From Veleropilina oligotropha (lineage: Eukaryota): DNA of 42,170 nt. Below are positions 1 through 11,060 of this stretch, piece by piece; the first letter of the stretch is position 1, and each line of letters opens with the position of its first letter. The stretch spans positions 744,001 through 786,170 of the forward strand of contig JBEUKZ010000019.1 in NCBI GenBank assembly GCA_048128005.1, in the 5' to 3' direction. Under the pieces are notes generated by a model that ran no database searches, was not told where the DNA came from, and saw only the letters and a list, made by a program, of their open reading frames with translations. Position numbers and translations under genes: made by a program.

Positions 1-201
1 CTGGTCGATGAGTTTGCCCTGCACGTTTGGGACGTGGTCTTACATCGCATGCTTATCAGTTTGAAGGTGATAAAATACTGTAAAAACTAAAACCACACTA
101 CGTAATTCAATTACTGTTGTTTCGTCATTGGTCAACCACTCAAATATCGATGTTTTTTCTTATGATCAGGCCTTTTTTACCCGCAGTCCAGCCTTTAACA
201 G

Positions 202-3200
202 CTTGATTAACTTACCCCAGGTTGAAATCCAGGAAGACCGAGTCCGACCCCGATGGTTGCCTTATATGGATCCACGACGGAGTTGTAGTGGATGTTCTTG
301 ATTAACTTACCCCGGGTTGAAATCCAGGAAGACCGAGTCCGACCCCGATGGTTGCCTTATATGGATCCACGACGGAGTTGTAGTGTATGTTCTTGATTAA
401 CTTACCCCGGGTTGAAATCCAGGAAGACCGAGTCCGACCCCGATGGTTGCCTTATATGGATCCACGACGGAGTTGTAGTGTATGTTCTTGATTAACTTAC
501 CCCAGGTTGAAATCCAGGAAGACCGAGTCCGACCCCGATGGTTGCCTTATATGGATCCACGACGGAGTTGTAGTGTATGTTCTTGATTAACTTACCCCGG
601 GTTGAAATCCAGGAAGACAGAGTCCGACCCCGATGGTTGCCTTATATGGATCCACGACGGAGTTGTAGTGGATGTTCTTGATTAACTTACGCCAGGTTGA
701 AATCCAGGAAGACCGAGTCCGACCCCGATGGTTGCCTTATATGGATCCACGACGGAGTTGTAGTGGATGTTCTTGATTAACTTACGCCAGGTTGAAATCC
801 AGGAAGACCGAGTCCGACCCCGATGGTTGCCTTATATGGATCCACGACGGAGTTGTAGTGGATGTTCTTGATTAACTTACGCCAGGTTGAAATCCAGGAA
901 GACCGAGTCCGACCCCGATGGTTGCCTTATATGGATCCACGACGGAGTTGTAGTGTATGTTCTTGATTAACTTACCCCGGGTAGAAATCCAGGAAGACCG
1001 AGTCCGACCCCGATGGTTGCCTTATATGGATCCACGACGGAGTTGTAGTGTATGTTCTTGATTAACTTACCCCGGGTTGAAATCCAGGAAGCCCGAGTCC
1101 GACCCCGATGGTTGCCTTATATGGATCCACGACGGAGTTGTAGTGGATGTTCTTGATTAACTTACCCCGGGTTGAAATCCAGGAAGACCGAGTCCGACCC
1201 CGATGGTTGCCTTATATGGATCCACGACGGAGTTGTAGTGGATGTTCTTGATTAACTTACGCCAGGTTGAAATCCAGGAAGACCGAGTCCGACCCCGATG
1301 GTTGCCTTATATGGATCCACGACGGAGTTGTAGTGGATGTTCTTGATTAACTTACGCCAGGTTGAAATCCAGGAAGACCGAGTCCGACCCCGATGGTTGC
1401 CTTATATGGATCCACGACGGAGTTGTAGTGTATGTTCTTGATTAACTTACCCCAGGTTGAAATCCAGGAAGACCGAGTCCGACCCCGATGGTTGCCTTAT
1501 ATGGATCCACGACGGAGTTGTAGTGGATGTTCTTGATTAACTTACCCCAGGTTGAAATCCAGGAAGACCGAGTCCGACCCCGATGGTTGCCTTATATGGA
1601 TCCACGACGGAGTTGTAGTGTATGTTCTTGATTAACTTACCCCAGGTTGAAATCCAGGAAGACCGAGTCCGACCCCGATGGTTGCCTTATATGGATCCAC
1701 GACGGAGTTGTAGTGTATGTTCTTACCCCGGGTTGAAATCCAGGAAGACCGAGTCCGACCCCGATGGTTGCCTTATATGGATCCACGACGGAGTTGTAGT
1801 GGATGTTCTTGATTAACTTACCCCAGGTTGAAATCCAGGAAGACCGAGTCCGACCCCGATGGTTGCCTTATATGGATCCACGACGGAGTTGTAGTGTATG
1901 TTCTTACCCCGGGTTGAAATCCAGGAAGACCGAGTCCGACCCCGATGGTTGCCTTATATGGATCCACGACGGAGTTGTAGTGGATGTTCTTGATTAACTT
2001 ACCCCAGGTTGAAATCCAGGAAGACCGAGTCCGACCCCGATGGTTGCCTTATATGGATCCACGACGGAGTTGTAGTGTATGTTCTTACCCCGGGTTGAAA
2101 TCCAGGAAGACCGAGTCCGACCCCGATGGTTGCCTTATATGGATCCACGACGGAGTTGTAGTGTATGTTCTTGATTAACTTACCCCGGGTTGAAATCCAG
2201 GAAGCCCGAGTCCGACCCCGATGGTTGCCTTATATGGATCCACGACGGAGTTGTAGTGTATGTTCTTGATTAACTTACCCCGGGTTGAAATCCAGGAAGC
2301 CCGAGTCCGACCCCGATGGTTGCCTTATATGGATCCACGACGGAGTTGTAGTGTATGTTCTTGATTAACTTACCCCGGGTTGAAATCCAGGAAGACCGAG
2401 TCCGACCCCGATGGTTGCCTTATATGGATCCACGACGGAGTTGTAGTGTATGTTCTTGATTAACTTACCCCGGGTTGAAATCCAGGAAGACCGAGTCCGA
2501 CCCCGATGGTTGCCTTATATGGATCCACGACGGAGTTGTAGTGTATGTTCTTGATTAACTTACCCCAGGTTGAAATCCAGGAAGACCGAGTCCGACCCCG
2601 ATGGTTGCCTTATATGGATCCACGACGGAGTTGTAGTGTATGTTCTTGATTAACTTACCCCAGGTTGAAATCCAGGAAGACCGAGTCCGACCCCGATGGT
2701 TGCCTTGTATGGATCCACGACGGAGTTGTAGTGGATGTTCTTGATTAACTTACCCCGGGTTGAAATCCAGGAAGCCCGAGTCCGACCCCGATGGTTGCCT
2801 TATATGGATCCACGACGGAGTTGTAGTGTATGTTCTTGATTAACTTACCCCGGGTTGAAATCCAGGAAGACCGAGTCCGACCCCGATGGTTGCCTTATAT
2901 GGATCCACGACGGAGTTGTAGTGTATGTTCTTGATTAACTTACCCCGGGTTGAAATCCAGGAAGACCGAGTCCGACCCCGATGGTTGCCTTGTATGGATC
3001 CACGACGGAGTTGTAGTGTATGTTCTTGATTAACTTACCCCGGGTTGAAATCCAGGAAGACCGAGTCCGACCCCGATGGTTGCCTTGTATGGATCCACGA
3101 CGGAGTTGTAGTGGATGTTCTTGATTAACTTACCCCGGGTTGAAATCCAGGAAGCCCGAGTCCGACCCCGATGGTTGCCTTGTATGGATCCACGACGGAG

Positions 3201-5593
3201 TTGTAGTGTATGTTCTTGATTAACTTACCCCGGGTTGAAATCCAGGAAGACCGAGTCCGACCCCGATGGTTGCCTTATATGGATCCACGACGGAGTTGTA
3301 GTGTATGTTCTTGATTAACTTACCCCGGGTTGAAATCCAGGAAGACCGAGTCCGACCCCGATGGTTGCCTTATATGGATCCACGACGGAGTTGTAGTGTA
3401 TGTTCTTGATTAACTTACCCCGGGTTGAAATCCAGGAAGACCGAGTCCGACCCCGATGGTTGCCTTGTATGGATCCACGACGGAGTTGTAGTGTATGTTC
3501 TTGATTAACTTACCCCGGGTTGAAATCCAGGAAGACCGAGTCCGACCCCGATGGTTGCCTTGTATGGATCCACGACGGAGTTGTAGTGTATGTTCTTGAT
3601 TAACTTACCCCGGGTTGAAATCCAGGAAGCCCGAGTCCGACCCCGATGGTTGCCTTATATGGATCCACGACGGAGTTGTAGTGTATGTTCTTGATTAACT
3701 TACCCCGGGTTGAAATCCAGGAAGACCGAGTCCGACCCCGATGGTTGCCTTATATGGATCCACGACGGAGTTGTAGTGTATGTTCTTGATTAACTTACCC
3801 CGGGTTGAAATCCAGGAAGACCGAGTCCGACCCCGATGGTTGCCTTATATGGATCCACGACGGAGTTGTAGTGTATGTTCTTGATTAACTTACCCCAGGT
3901 TGAAATCCAGGAAGACCGAGTCCGACCCCGATGGTTGCCTTATATGGATCCACGACGGAGTTGTAGTGTATGTTCTTGATTAACTTACCCCAGGTTGAAA
4001 TCCAGGAAGCCCGAGTCCGACCCCGATGGTTGCCTTATATGGATCCACGACGGAGTTGTAGTGTATGTTCTTGATTAACTTACCCCAGGTTGAAATCCAG
4101 GAAGCCCGAGTCCGACCCCGATGGTTGCCTTATATGGATCCACGACGGAGTTGTAGTGTATGTTCTTGATTAACTTACCCCAGGTTGAAATCCAGGAAGA
4201 CAGAGTCCGACCCCGATGGTTGCCTTGTATGGATCCACGACGGAGTTGTAGTGTATGTTCTTGATTAACTTACCCCGGGTTGAAATCCAGGAAGCCCGAG
4301 TCCGACCCCGATGGTTGCCTTATATGGATCCACGACGGAGTTGTAGTGTATGTTCTTGATTAACTTACCCCGGGTTGAAATCCAGGAAGACCGAGTCCGA
4401 CCCCGATGGTTGCCTTATATGGATCCACGCCGGAGTTGTAGTGTATGTTCTTGATTAACTTACCCCGGGTTGAAATCCAGGAAGACCGAGTCCGACCCCG
4501 ATGGTTGCCTTATATGGATCCACGACGGAGTTGTAGTGTATGTTCTTGATTAACTTACCCCAGGTTGAAATCCAGGAAGACCGAGTCCGACCCCGATGGT
4601 TGCCTTATATGGATCCACGACGGAGTTGTAGTGTATGTTCTTGATTAACTTACCCCAGGTTGAAATCCAGGAAGCCCGAGTCCGACCCCGATGGTTGCCT
4701 TATATGGATCCACGACGGAGTTGTAGTGTATGTTCTTGATTAACTTACCCCAGGTTGAAATCCAGGAAGCCCGAGTCCGACCCCGATGGTTGCCTTATAT
4801 GGATCCACGACGGAGTTGTAGTGTATGTTCTTGATTAACTTACCCCAGGTTGAAATCCAGGAAGACCGAGTCCGACCCCGATGGTTGCCTTGTATGGATC
4901 CACGACGGAGTTGTAGTGTATGTTCTTGATTAACTTACCCCGGGTTGAAATCCAGGAAGCCCGAGTCCGACCCCGATGGTTGCCTTATATGGATCCACGA
5001 CGGAGTTGTAGTGTATGTTCTTGATTAACTTACCCCGGGTTGAAATCCAGGAAGACCGAGTCCGACCCCGATGGTTGCCTTATATGGATCCACGACGGAG
5101 TTGTAGTGTATGTTCTTGATTAACTTACCCCGGGTTGTAATCCAGGAAGACCGAGTCCGACCCCGATGGTTGCCTTATATGGATCCACGACGGAGTTGTA
5201 GTGTATGTTCTTGATTAACTTACCCCAGGTTGAAATCCAGGAAGACCGAGTCCGACCCCGATGGTTGCCTTATATGGATCCACGACGGAGTTGTAGTGTA
5301 TGTTCTTGATTAACTTACCCCAGGTTGAAATCCAGGAATCCCGAGTCCGACCCCGATGGTTGCCTTATATGGATCCACGACGGAGTTGTAGTGTATGTTC
5401 TTGATTAACTTACCCCAGGTTGAAATCCAGGAAGCCCGAGTCCGACCCCGATGGTTGCCTTATATGGATCCACGACGGAGTTGTAGTGTATGTTCTTGAT
5501 TAACTTACCCCAGGTTGAAATCCAGGAAGACCGAGTCCGACCCCGATGGTTGCCTTGTATGGATCCACGACGGAGTTGTAGTGGATGTTCTTG
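202..5593. repeat. 95-bp tandem array (57 units: 54 x 95 bp, 3 x 86 bp) derived from OTUD5 exon 5 3' end plus donor site
   Basis: Period 95 (attaac at 206, 301, ...); bounded by cttg at 202-205 and 5590-5593; minus-strand unit = 81 nt [27 protein letters not shown] + gtaagttaatcaag. Confidence 0.98.
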
Positions 5594-5657
5594 TGGTAGC
5601 TGATACGCATTGGCTCATTATCTGTTTTAAAATTGCCGTGAAAAGTATTGATTGGTT
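5509..5657 (-). CDS. OTUD5: OTUD5 coding exon 5 (catalytic His, NIHYNSV); gene continues beyond window start
   Basis: gtttcag|(E)[49 protein letters not shown]|gtaagt; 149 nt; closely matches human EPINTFHG...[26 protein letters not shown]. Confidence 0.95.
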
Positions 5658-6907
5658 CTGAAACAAATTAGATTGAAAATAGATAATATATAAGTATAAT
5701 TATATGTACGCCAACACAAAATGGCTGTAATAGATGGAAACCCGGTGTCATATGACATTTTGACCCCATGGTGAAATTACCCGCGGGTCACTTTACATTA
5801 AGGTATTATGGCCCGGGGGTCATTTTATCGCCATGGTAAAATGACCCCCTATGGAAAAGTGACCCATGCCAAAATTCTACTATGGTAAAATGACCTGCCT
5901 AAGTTTAGTTTTAGGATATTGACACCGTTGAGTAATACAGTGTACAGAGGATATGTAATGAATTGTGCCATAATCATATATTGAAGATTTCACAAATGTG
6001 ATATATTTCAACATTGTGTTTAATTGAAGATGAGGTTTGCACTAAAAATGTATTAATTATATGTAACAGCATAACAGGATGCTGATTCCGCTTCATTACG
6101 TAATTTACATTCGAGCGAAAACTACAAATTGTGTATTGTGTATTTATCACCTAATCATTTGATGATTTGCAAGTTAAAATGCAGCATAACGTATTCTAAT
6201 TATTAGATAATCGCTTCAGTCATAGACAATTATAGCATGAATGGTTGGGTTAGAAGCCATTGAATATAATGTTGCAATATCATAATATCTTTGAATAAAT
6301 TTTAAATACGGTACATGCCATTAGTTGAAACTTTAGGTTCAGATAATGTATTGTTTTTTGTAAAAAATAAATATATATCGATATGGTCAAAACTCCCCGA
6401 GGCCAACGTGAATGATCACCGTGAATTAAAATCATACACTTTTAATTCAATATCGACGTTTTAAACAGTTATTACCATATATTATTTCTGGACATGGTAA
6501 TCTCTAAACCAGCATAACTTTATACAAAGAATACATGCAAAAAGAGTTAGATTACTTGGCATTAAATCCCACTTTATGGAGAAGAAGTGGATTCAGCATC
6601 TTTAATAAACTACTTGCATTTTGAACGTATGTCAGTCTCACAATTTATAAAAAATTATAATCAAAATTAAATTTTATAAAATTATAATATACAATTTATG
6701 AGCAATACAACATATGAGAATATTTAATTTATTATTAATTGAAACATAAAAATGAATTTTTGCTACATATTTCTTTCATATATGATATATGATCTAACAA
6801 TGATCGTTTCAAAACTAACAATGATCAATGGAACTACAGGTGAACAAAGAGGATTAAGGGCCCAATTGTTTTGACGATAATTAGACTTGCATTGTGTGAT
6901 CACATAA

Positions 6908-7136
6908 AAGAGGTTTTTAAGTAAACCTAGTATTAGTTAGAATATACTTACGTCATTACCTATGCCATAATAGCCCTATTATCGCTAAACCGGAAACTGT
7001 GAAAAAGCGTTTCACTTTCTTTTAAACTTACACGCTTACCCCCCCCTGCTCCCCTCTCTCGCGTTCCTCCCACGAGATCTGCCCAAGTCTCGCGAGACCT
7101 CAGAGACCAAGACAGATCTGGTATCCTTTTTAAGTC
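6908..7136. repeat. Element 1 3' (right) ITR with terminal extension
   Basis: Near-perfect reverse complement of 14165-14351; outer extension complementary to ICR first half. Confidence 0.95.
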
Positions 7137-7212
7137 AGAGGAATCTGCAGTGCGTAGAGGAACTTAGCAAGAGGGGTTGGATGCGAATGCCATGAGCAGG
7201 GTGGGTAGACGT

Positions 7213-7301
7213 GTAATGACGTAAGTATATTCTAACTAATACTAGGTTTACTTAAAAACCTCTTATTAGTAGCAATATACTCTACGTCATTACCTATGCC
7301 A
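7213..7301. repeat. Element 1 internal complementary region (ICR; circle-junction template)
   Basis: 7213-7264 is the reverse complement of 6908-6959; 7264-7301 is the reverse complement of 14334-14371. Confidence 0.95.
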
Positions 7302-8109
7302 GAATAACTTTGGACGGTGGGCTAAGTTCTAACGAAATTAATACCCAAACAAGTTATTTACTTGTCACCATGGAGACAGCTAGTATCGCCGACTCGCGTC
7401 CGCTCAGGATGGAATTACTGAGTATTACAATTCTACCCTTACCCCGACAGAATTTTGACCAATGAACCTGGGAAAAAACGCCAGAGGTGTTAGTCGGACA
7501 AGGTGACGCGAAAGTGCAATCAGCCCCAGGCAAGGCCGGAGGATAAATCCTGTAGGACTTAGATGTCATGGACCGAAGCAGCTTTTAGTAAACCCTGGGC
7601 GTCGAGGCCGGTAACCAAAAGATGCAGTCAACTTGCGACAAACATACAGTACCTGAAAAGGTTGTGAATGTAACCAGTTATGCAACAATTAATAGATATA
7701 AGTAATATATACACGTACATATTATATTCCATATTAATCATAAATTCGCTTGACCAAATAGCGAAATGCAAACATGTCCCCATGTTACTTAAAGAATATT
7801 TAAAGATTGAATGATATTAAATTTTGTCAATGTCGCAACACCGTAAGCTCATAACAGCAAATGAACTTCAATAATATCAAAATCTAAAAAAAACCTTTTA
7901 AGATTTAGCATTATAAATGTCTACTTTCAATGTGAGTGGCATGTGTCATGTGAACTCAGATCTGACAATTTAGTCACAGTCCATAAATAGCAATATTGGA
8001 CTGCAGACAACAGAATGAAAACAACACTAAATGTTAGCAAGCTACACAATAGAGTTGCACATAAATGCGGAGTGACTGTATAATTACAATTAATTGTTTA
8101 CAATACCTG

Positions 8110-9195
8110 TCACCGTGTATTTAACCTAGATGTCCTGGTAATGCAGTGTTGCGCCGCAACACATTGAACACTGGACAAACCATCCGCACCAGTCGAGAAA
8201 TCGCGTAAATAATGTTTTACAAACACGTTCGGATTTCTCCAATACCCTGCTTGTAGCAGGGAGGTAATATTTAGACAATGTCTAAATGCCAGACTCGTCG
8301 ATATCGCTCTTGTTTCATGGGCACGGACCGCAATAAGGTTGCGGTCAGCTTCGTTGGAATTAGAGTATATCTGCTGAACCGTCCGACAAATCCATCTCGA
8401 GATAGTATTCTTCGATACATCGCGGGTGAAATTGGGCAAATACGAAATAAACAAGCGTTTTTTGCCACGACGGAAGTCACGTGTTCGGTCCAGATAATAG
8501 CGAAGCGCGCGCACCGGGCAGTTGAGTCGATCGATATCGTTTCTACCGACAATAGAAAGCGTAGGAATAACGACCGCCGGAGCAATATCGCCTGGCCGCT
8601 GGTTTTTAGCAATAAATCCTAATATAGGACGTAAAATGACCGATCCGTCAGACTGGAATCTAATATCACGGAGCTCTGCTGAGAAGCTGTGTATCTCAGA
8701 AACCCTTTTGCCCGACGCAAACGCAATTAGAAATACGGTTTTGTAAGTAAGGTTACGTAAGGAAGCATTACGTAACGGCTCAAACGGGCTTTCTAGCAGA
8801 GCATTAAGTATAAGGATAATATTCCATGCTGGCGGCCGCGCCAGAGAAATCGGTCTTTCGAGTTCGTAGGACCTGATTAAATCAGAAATAGTACGGTCTG
8901 ACGATAAGTCAATTCGGGAACGACATTGCTTGAGTGTAGTCGAGATAGAGGCCCGATAACCTTTGACGGCCGAGACAGAAAGTCCTCGTTCGAATAACGA
9001 CGTAATGAACTCGATAAATTTGTTCACAGGGGGACGGAGTATATTAACTTCCCGCCTGTGACACCAATCCACATATTTGACCCATCGGTAGTCATAGACT
9101 TTAGATGTAGATTGTCTTCGCGATCGGTAAATGCGGAGGGCTGTAGCGCGAGAAAATCCTTTCTCAACAAGCGATCGTTCGATAACCGCCATGCG
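8110..9195 (-). CDS. Element 1 tyrosine recombinase domain (C-terminal part of long frame overlapping pol)
   Basis: SGKRVSEI, AHETRA, YW...FVKHY: R-H-R-Y catalytic residues; start not defined. Confidence 0.92.
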   Translation of the reverse strand, partial: RMAVIERSLVEKGFSRATALRIYRSRRQSTSKVYDYRWVKYVDWCHRREVNILRPPVNKFIEFITSLFERGLSVSAVKGYRASISTTLKQCRSRIDLSSDRTISDLIRSYELERPISLARPPAWNIILILNALLESPFEPLRNASLRNLTYKTVFLIAFASGKRVSEIHSFSAELRDIRFQSDGSVILRPILGFIAKNQRPGDIAPAVVIPTLSIVGRNDIDRLNCPVRALRYYLDRTRDFRRGKKRLFISYLPNFTRDVSKNTISRWICRTVQQIYSNSNEADRNLIAVRAHETRAISTSLAFRHCLNITSLLQAGYWRNPNVFVKHYLRDFSTGADGLSSVQCVAAQHCITRTSRLNTR

Positions 9196-11060
9196 TGTAA
9201 ACGAAGTTCGTTCGACGACGGGTGTAACACCCGTGAGCGCGGTTGCATTAGCAGGTCCGGCCTTTGCGGTAGCGCAAGCGGTCGATCGACGATTACATCG
9301 AGAAGAGTCGGAAACCAAGACTGCGTGCGATTTAGAGGCGCTATTAGCGTTATCTCGCAGCGGTCTCGCGCTGCCTTCTGTAGTACTAGTCGTAATATGG
9401 ACGACGGGGGGAAGGCGTACGCGATCAGATTCTCCCAGGTCATTGACAACGCGTCGACCGCAAGGGCGGCCGGGTCCGGGTACGGGGAGACATACAGAGG
9501 GAGTCGGTGATTGAACTCTGTTGCAAACAGATCGACTTGGGGTTGAGACCACCGGCGACAAACCTCCCGAGCTACACGGCTGTGTAGCGTCCACTCTGTG
9601 TGTATAATCTGCGATTTCCGAGAGAGCGAGTCCGCTCGGACGTTCAATATTCCCGGGATGTGTCGTGCTCGTATCGTCGAGTTGAGGGACATCACTAAGC
9701 GGTGTAGGTCGATTGCTCGGTCGCATAGGGGACGCGAGCGAGTGCCGCCCTGGTGTTGAACGTATGCGACGACAGTCGTGTTGTCCGTGGCGAGCAGTAT
9801 GTGCTTGTTGCGGAGATGTGACGAGATAGTTTATGTGTCGTCCCTGCAGGTCCGTCGGCCAAAGGCCCGATGTCTCGTAACTGTCGAGGTGACCTCCCCA
9901 GCCCTCGTTCGAAGCGTCCGTGTATAGGAAGGCATTCGGTTCTGGCGGGGAAATGGGAACCGACTGGCTCGGCAATGCAGGGTTCAGCCACACTGCTGAC
10001 GAGTGATTGAACCAATGCCGAAGATCTATACGATCCGTCCACTGTCCCGTCCGTTGCACCCAGCGGTCCCTGAAGGCCTGCTGTAACGGTCGTTTGTCCA
10101 TTCGTCCTGTCGGTAGCAGGGGCGCTACCGACTCGATGTGCCCCAGGACAGTGGCCAGTTGTTGCGCCGTGGCTATCCCCGATGACCTTGTGTCCTGGAT
10201 AACTGCGCGTAGGTTCACGATACGTTTCTCGGTCGGCTTCGCGGTGTACCGGACCGTGTCGAAGACGACCCCGAGGAACGTAAACGTCGTCGAGGGCACG
10301 AAGCAGGATTTCTCGTTGTTGATCTGTAATCCTAGGCGCTTCGCCGATGACAGGGTAACGCTCATAGACTGGAGGCACTGATCCCGGGACGCCCCGAGAA
10401 TCAACCAGTCGTCGAGGTACATGTGTACTCTGTGCCCTAGCGAGTGTAGGAAGGCCCCGAGGGCCTGTACTACCCGCGTGAAGACGTAGGGGGCTGACGA
10501 TAGACCGAACGGTAGGCACCTGAATTGGTAGATCGTCTCCCCGTGTATAAACCTGAGGTACTGATGAGCCGAGGCATGCATCGGAACGTGTAAGTACGCA
10601 TCTGTCAGGTCGATAGACGCTTCCCAGTCGCCCGGACGGATGGCCGCTCGTATCTTCGAGAGTGTTTCTTGCTGGAACTTCTCGGTACGCAAATAGCGGT
10701 TGAGGTGCGAGAGATCGAGGATCGGTCTCCAGCGGCCATCGGGTTTCGGGACCAGGAAGAAATGGCTGTAAAATCCTGGTGTGCTGGGCGGCGCGGGATA
10801 GATGGCTCCTTTTAGGAGTAAGTCCCGCACTGCCTGGTCTAAGACCGCTTGCTTCTCTCCTTGAAGGAGGCGAGCGTGTCTTGGTGGTGGTGTCACGGAT
10901 AGGGTTGGATGCCGGTTGAAACTCAACTTGTATCCAGCACTCACGACTGAGTGGACCCAGCTGCTGTCTGTTAACTCTAGCCACGTCTGGCTGTAGCCTA
11001 ACAGGCACGCTCCCACCGGCGGGAGCGCGCAGCTGAGCACGTCGCGAGTGCCGGCAACCC
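9024..11060 (-). pseudogene. Element 1 RT-RNase H-methyltransferase-like ORF, broken by a 38-bp deletion at ~9826
   Basis: RT motifs WRPILDL, DLTDAY, LPFGL, YLDD; RH TDAS; LELEA segment present in element 2 is deleted; MT-like VDLFAT...YAFPP in 9024-9695. Confidence 0.92.

Noticed and set aside
1..201. OTUD5 exon 6
   Set aside because: No frame resembling the expected continuation; appears intronic.
1622..2178. Three 64-aa plus-strand ORFs
   Set aside because: Antisense by-products of the 95+86 dimer; the 9-bp deletion removes a stop.
202..5593. CRISPR-like array
   Set aside because: No unique spacers; contiguous near-identical units derived from a eukaryotic exon.
7354..7569. 71-aa extra DIRS ORF
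   Set aside because: Homologous region of element 2 has frame-breaking indels and a stop.
7362..7652. Hammerhead or HDV-like ribozyme in the conserved 3' block
   Set aside because: No CUGAnGA/GAAA core or convincing HDV fold found by eye; not excluded without a covariance search.
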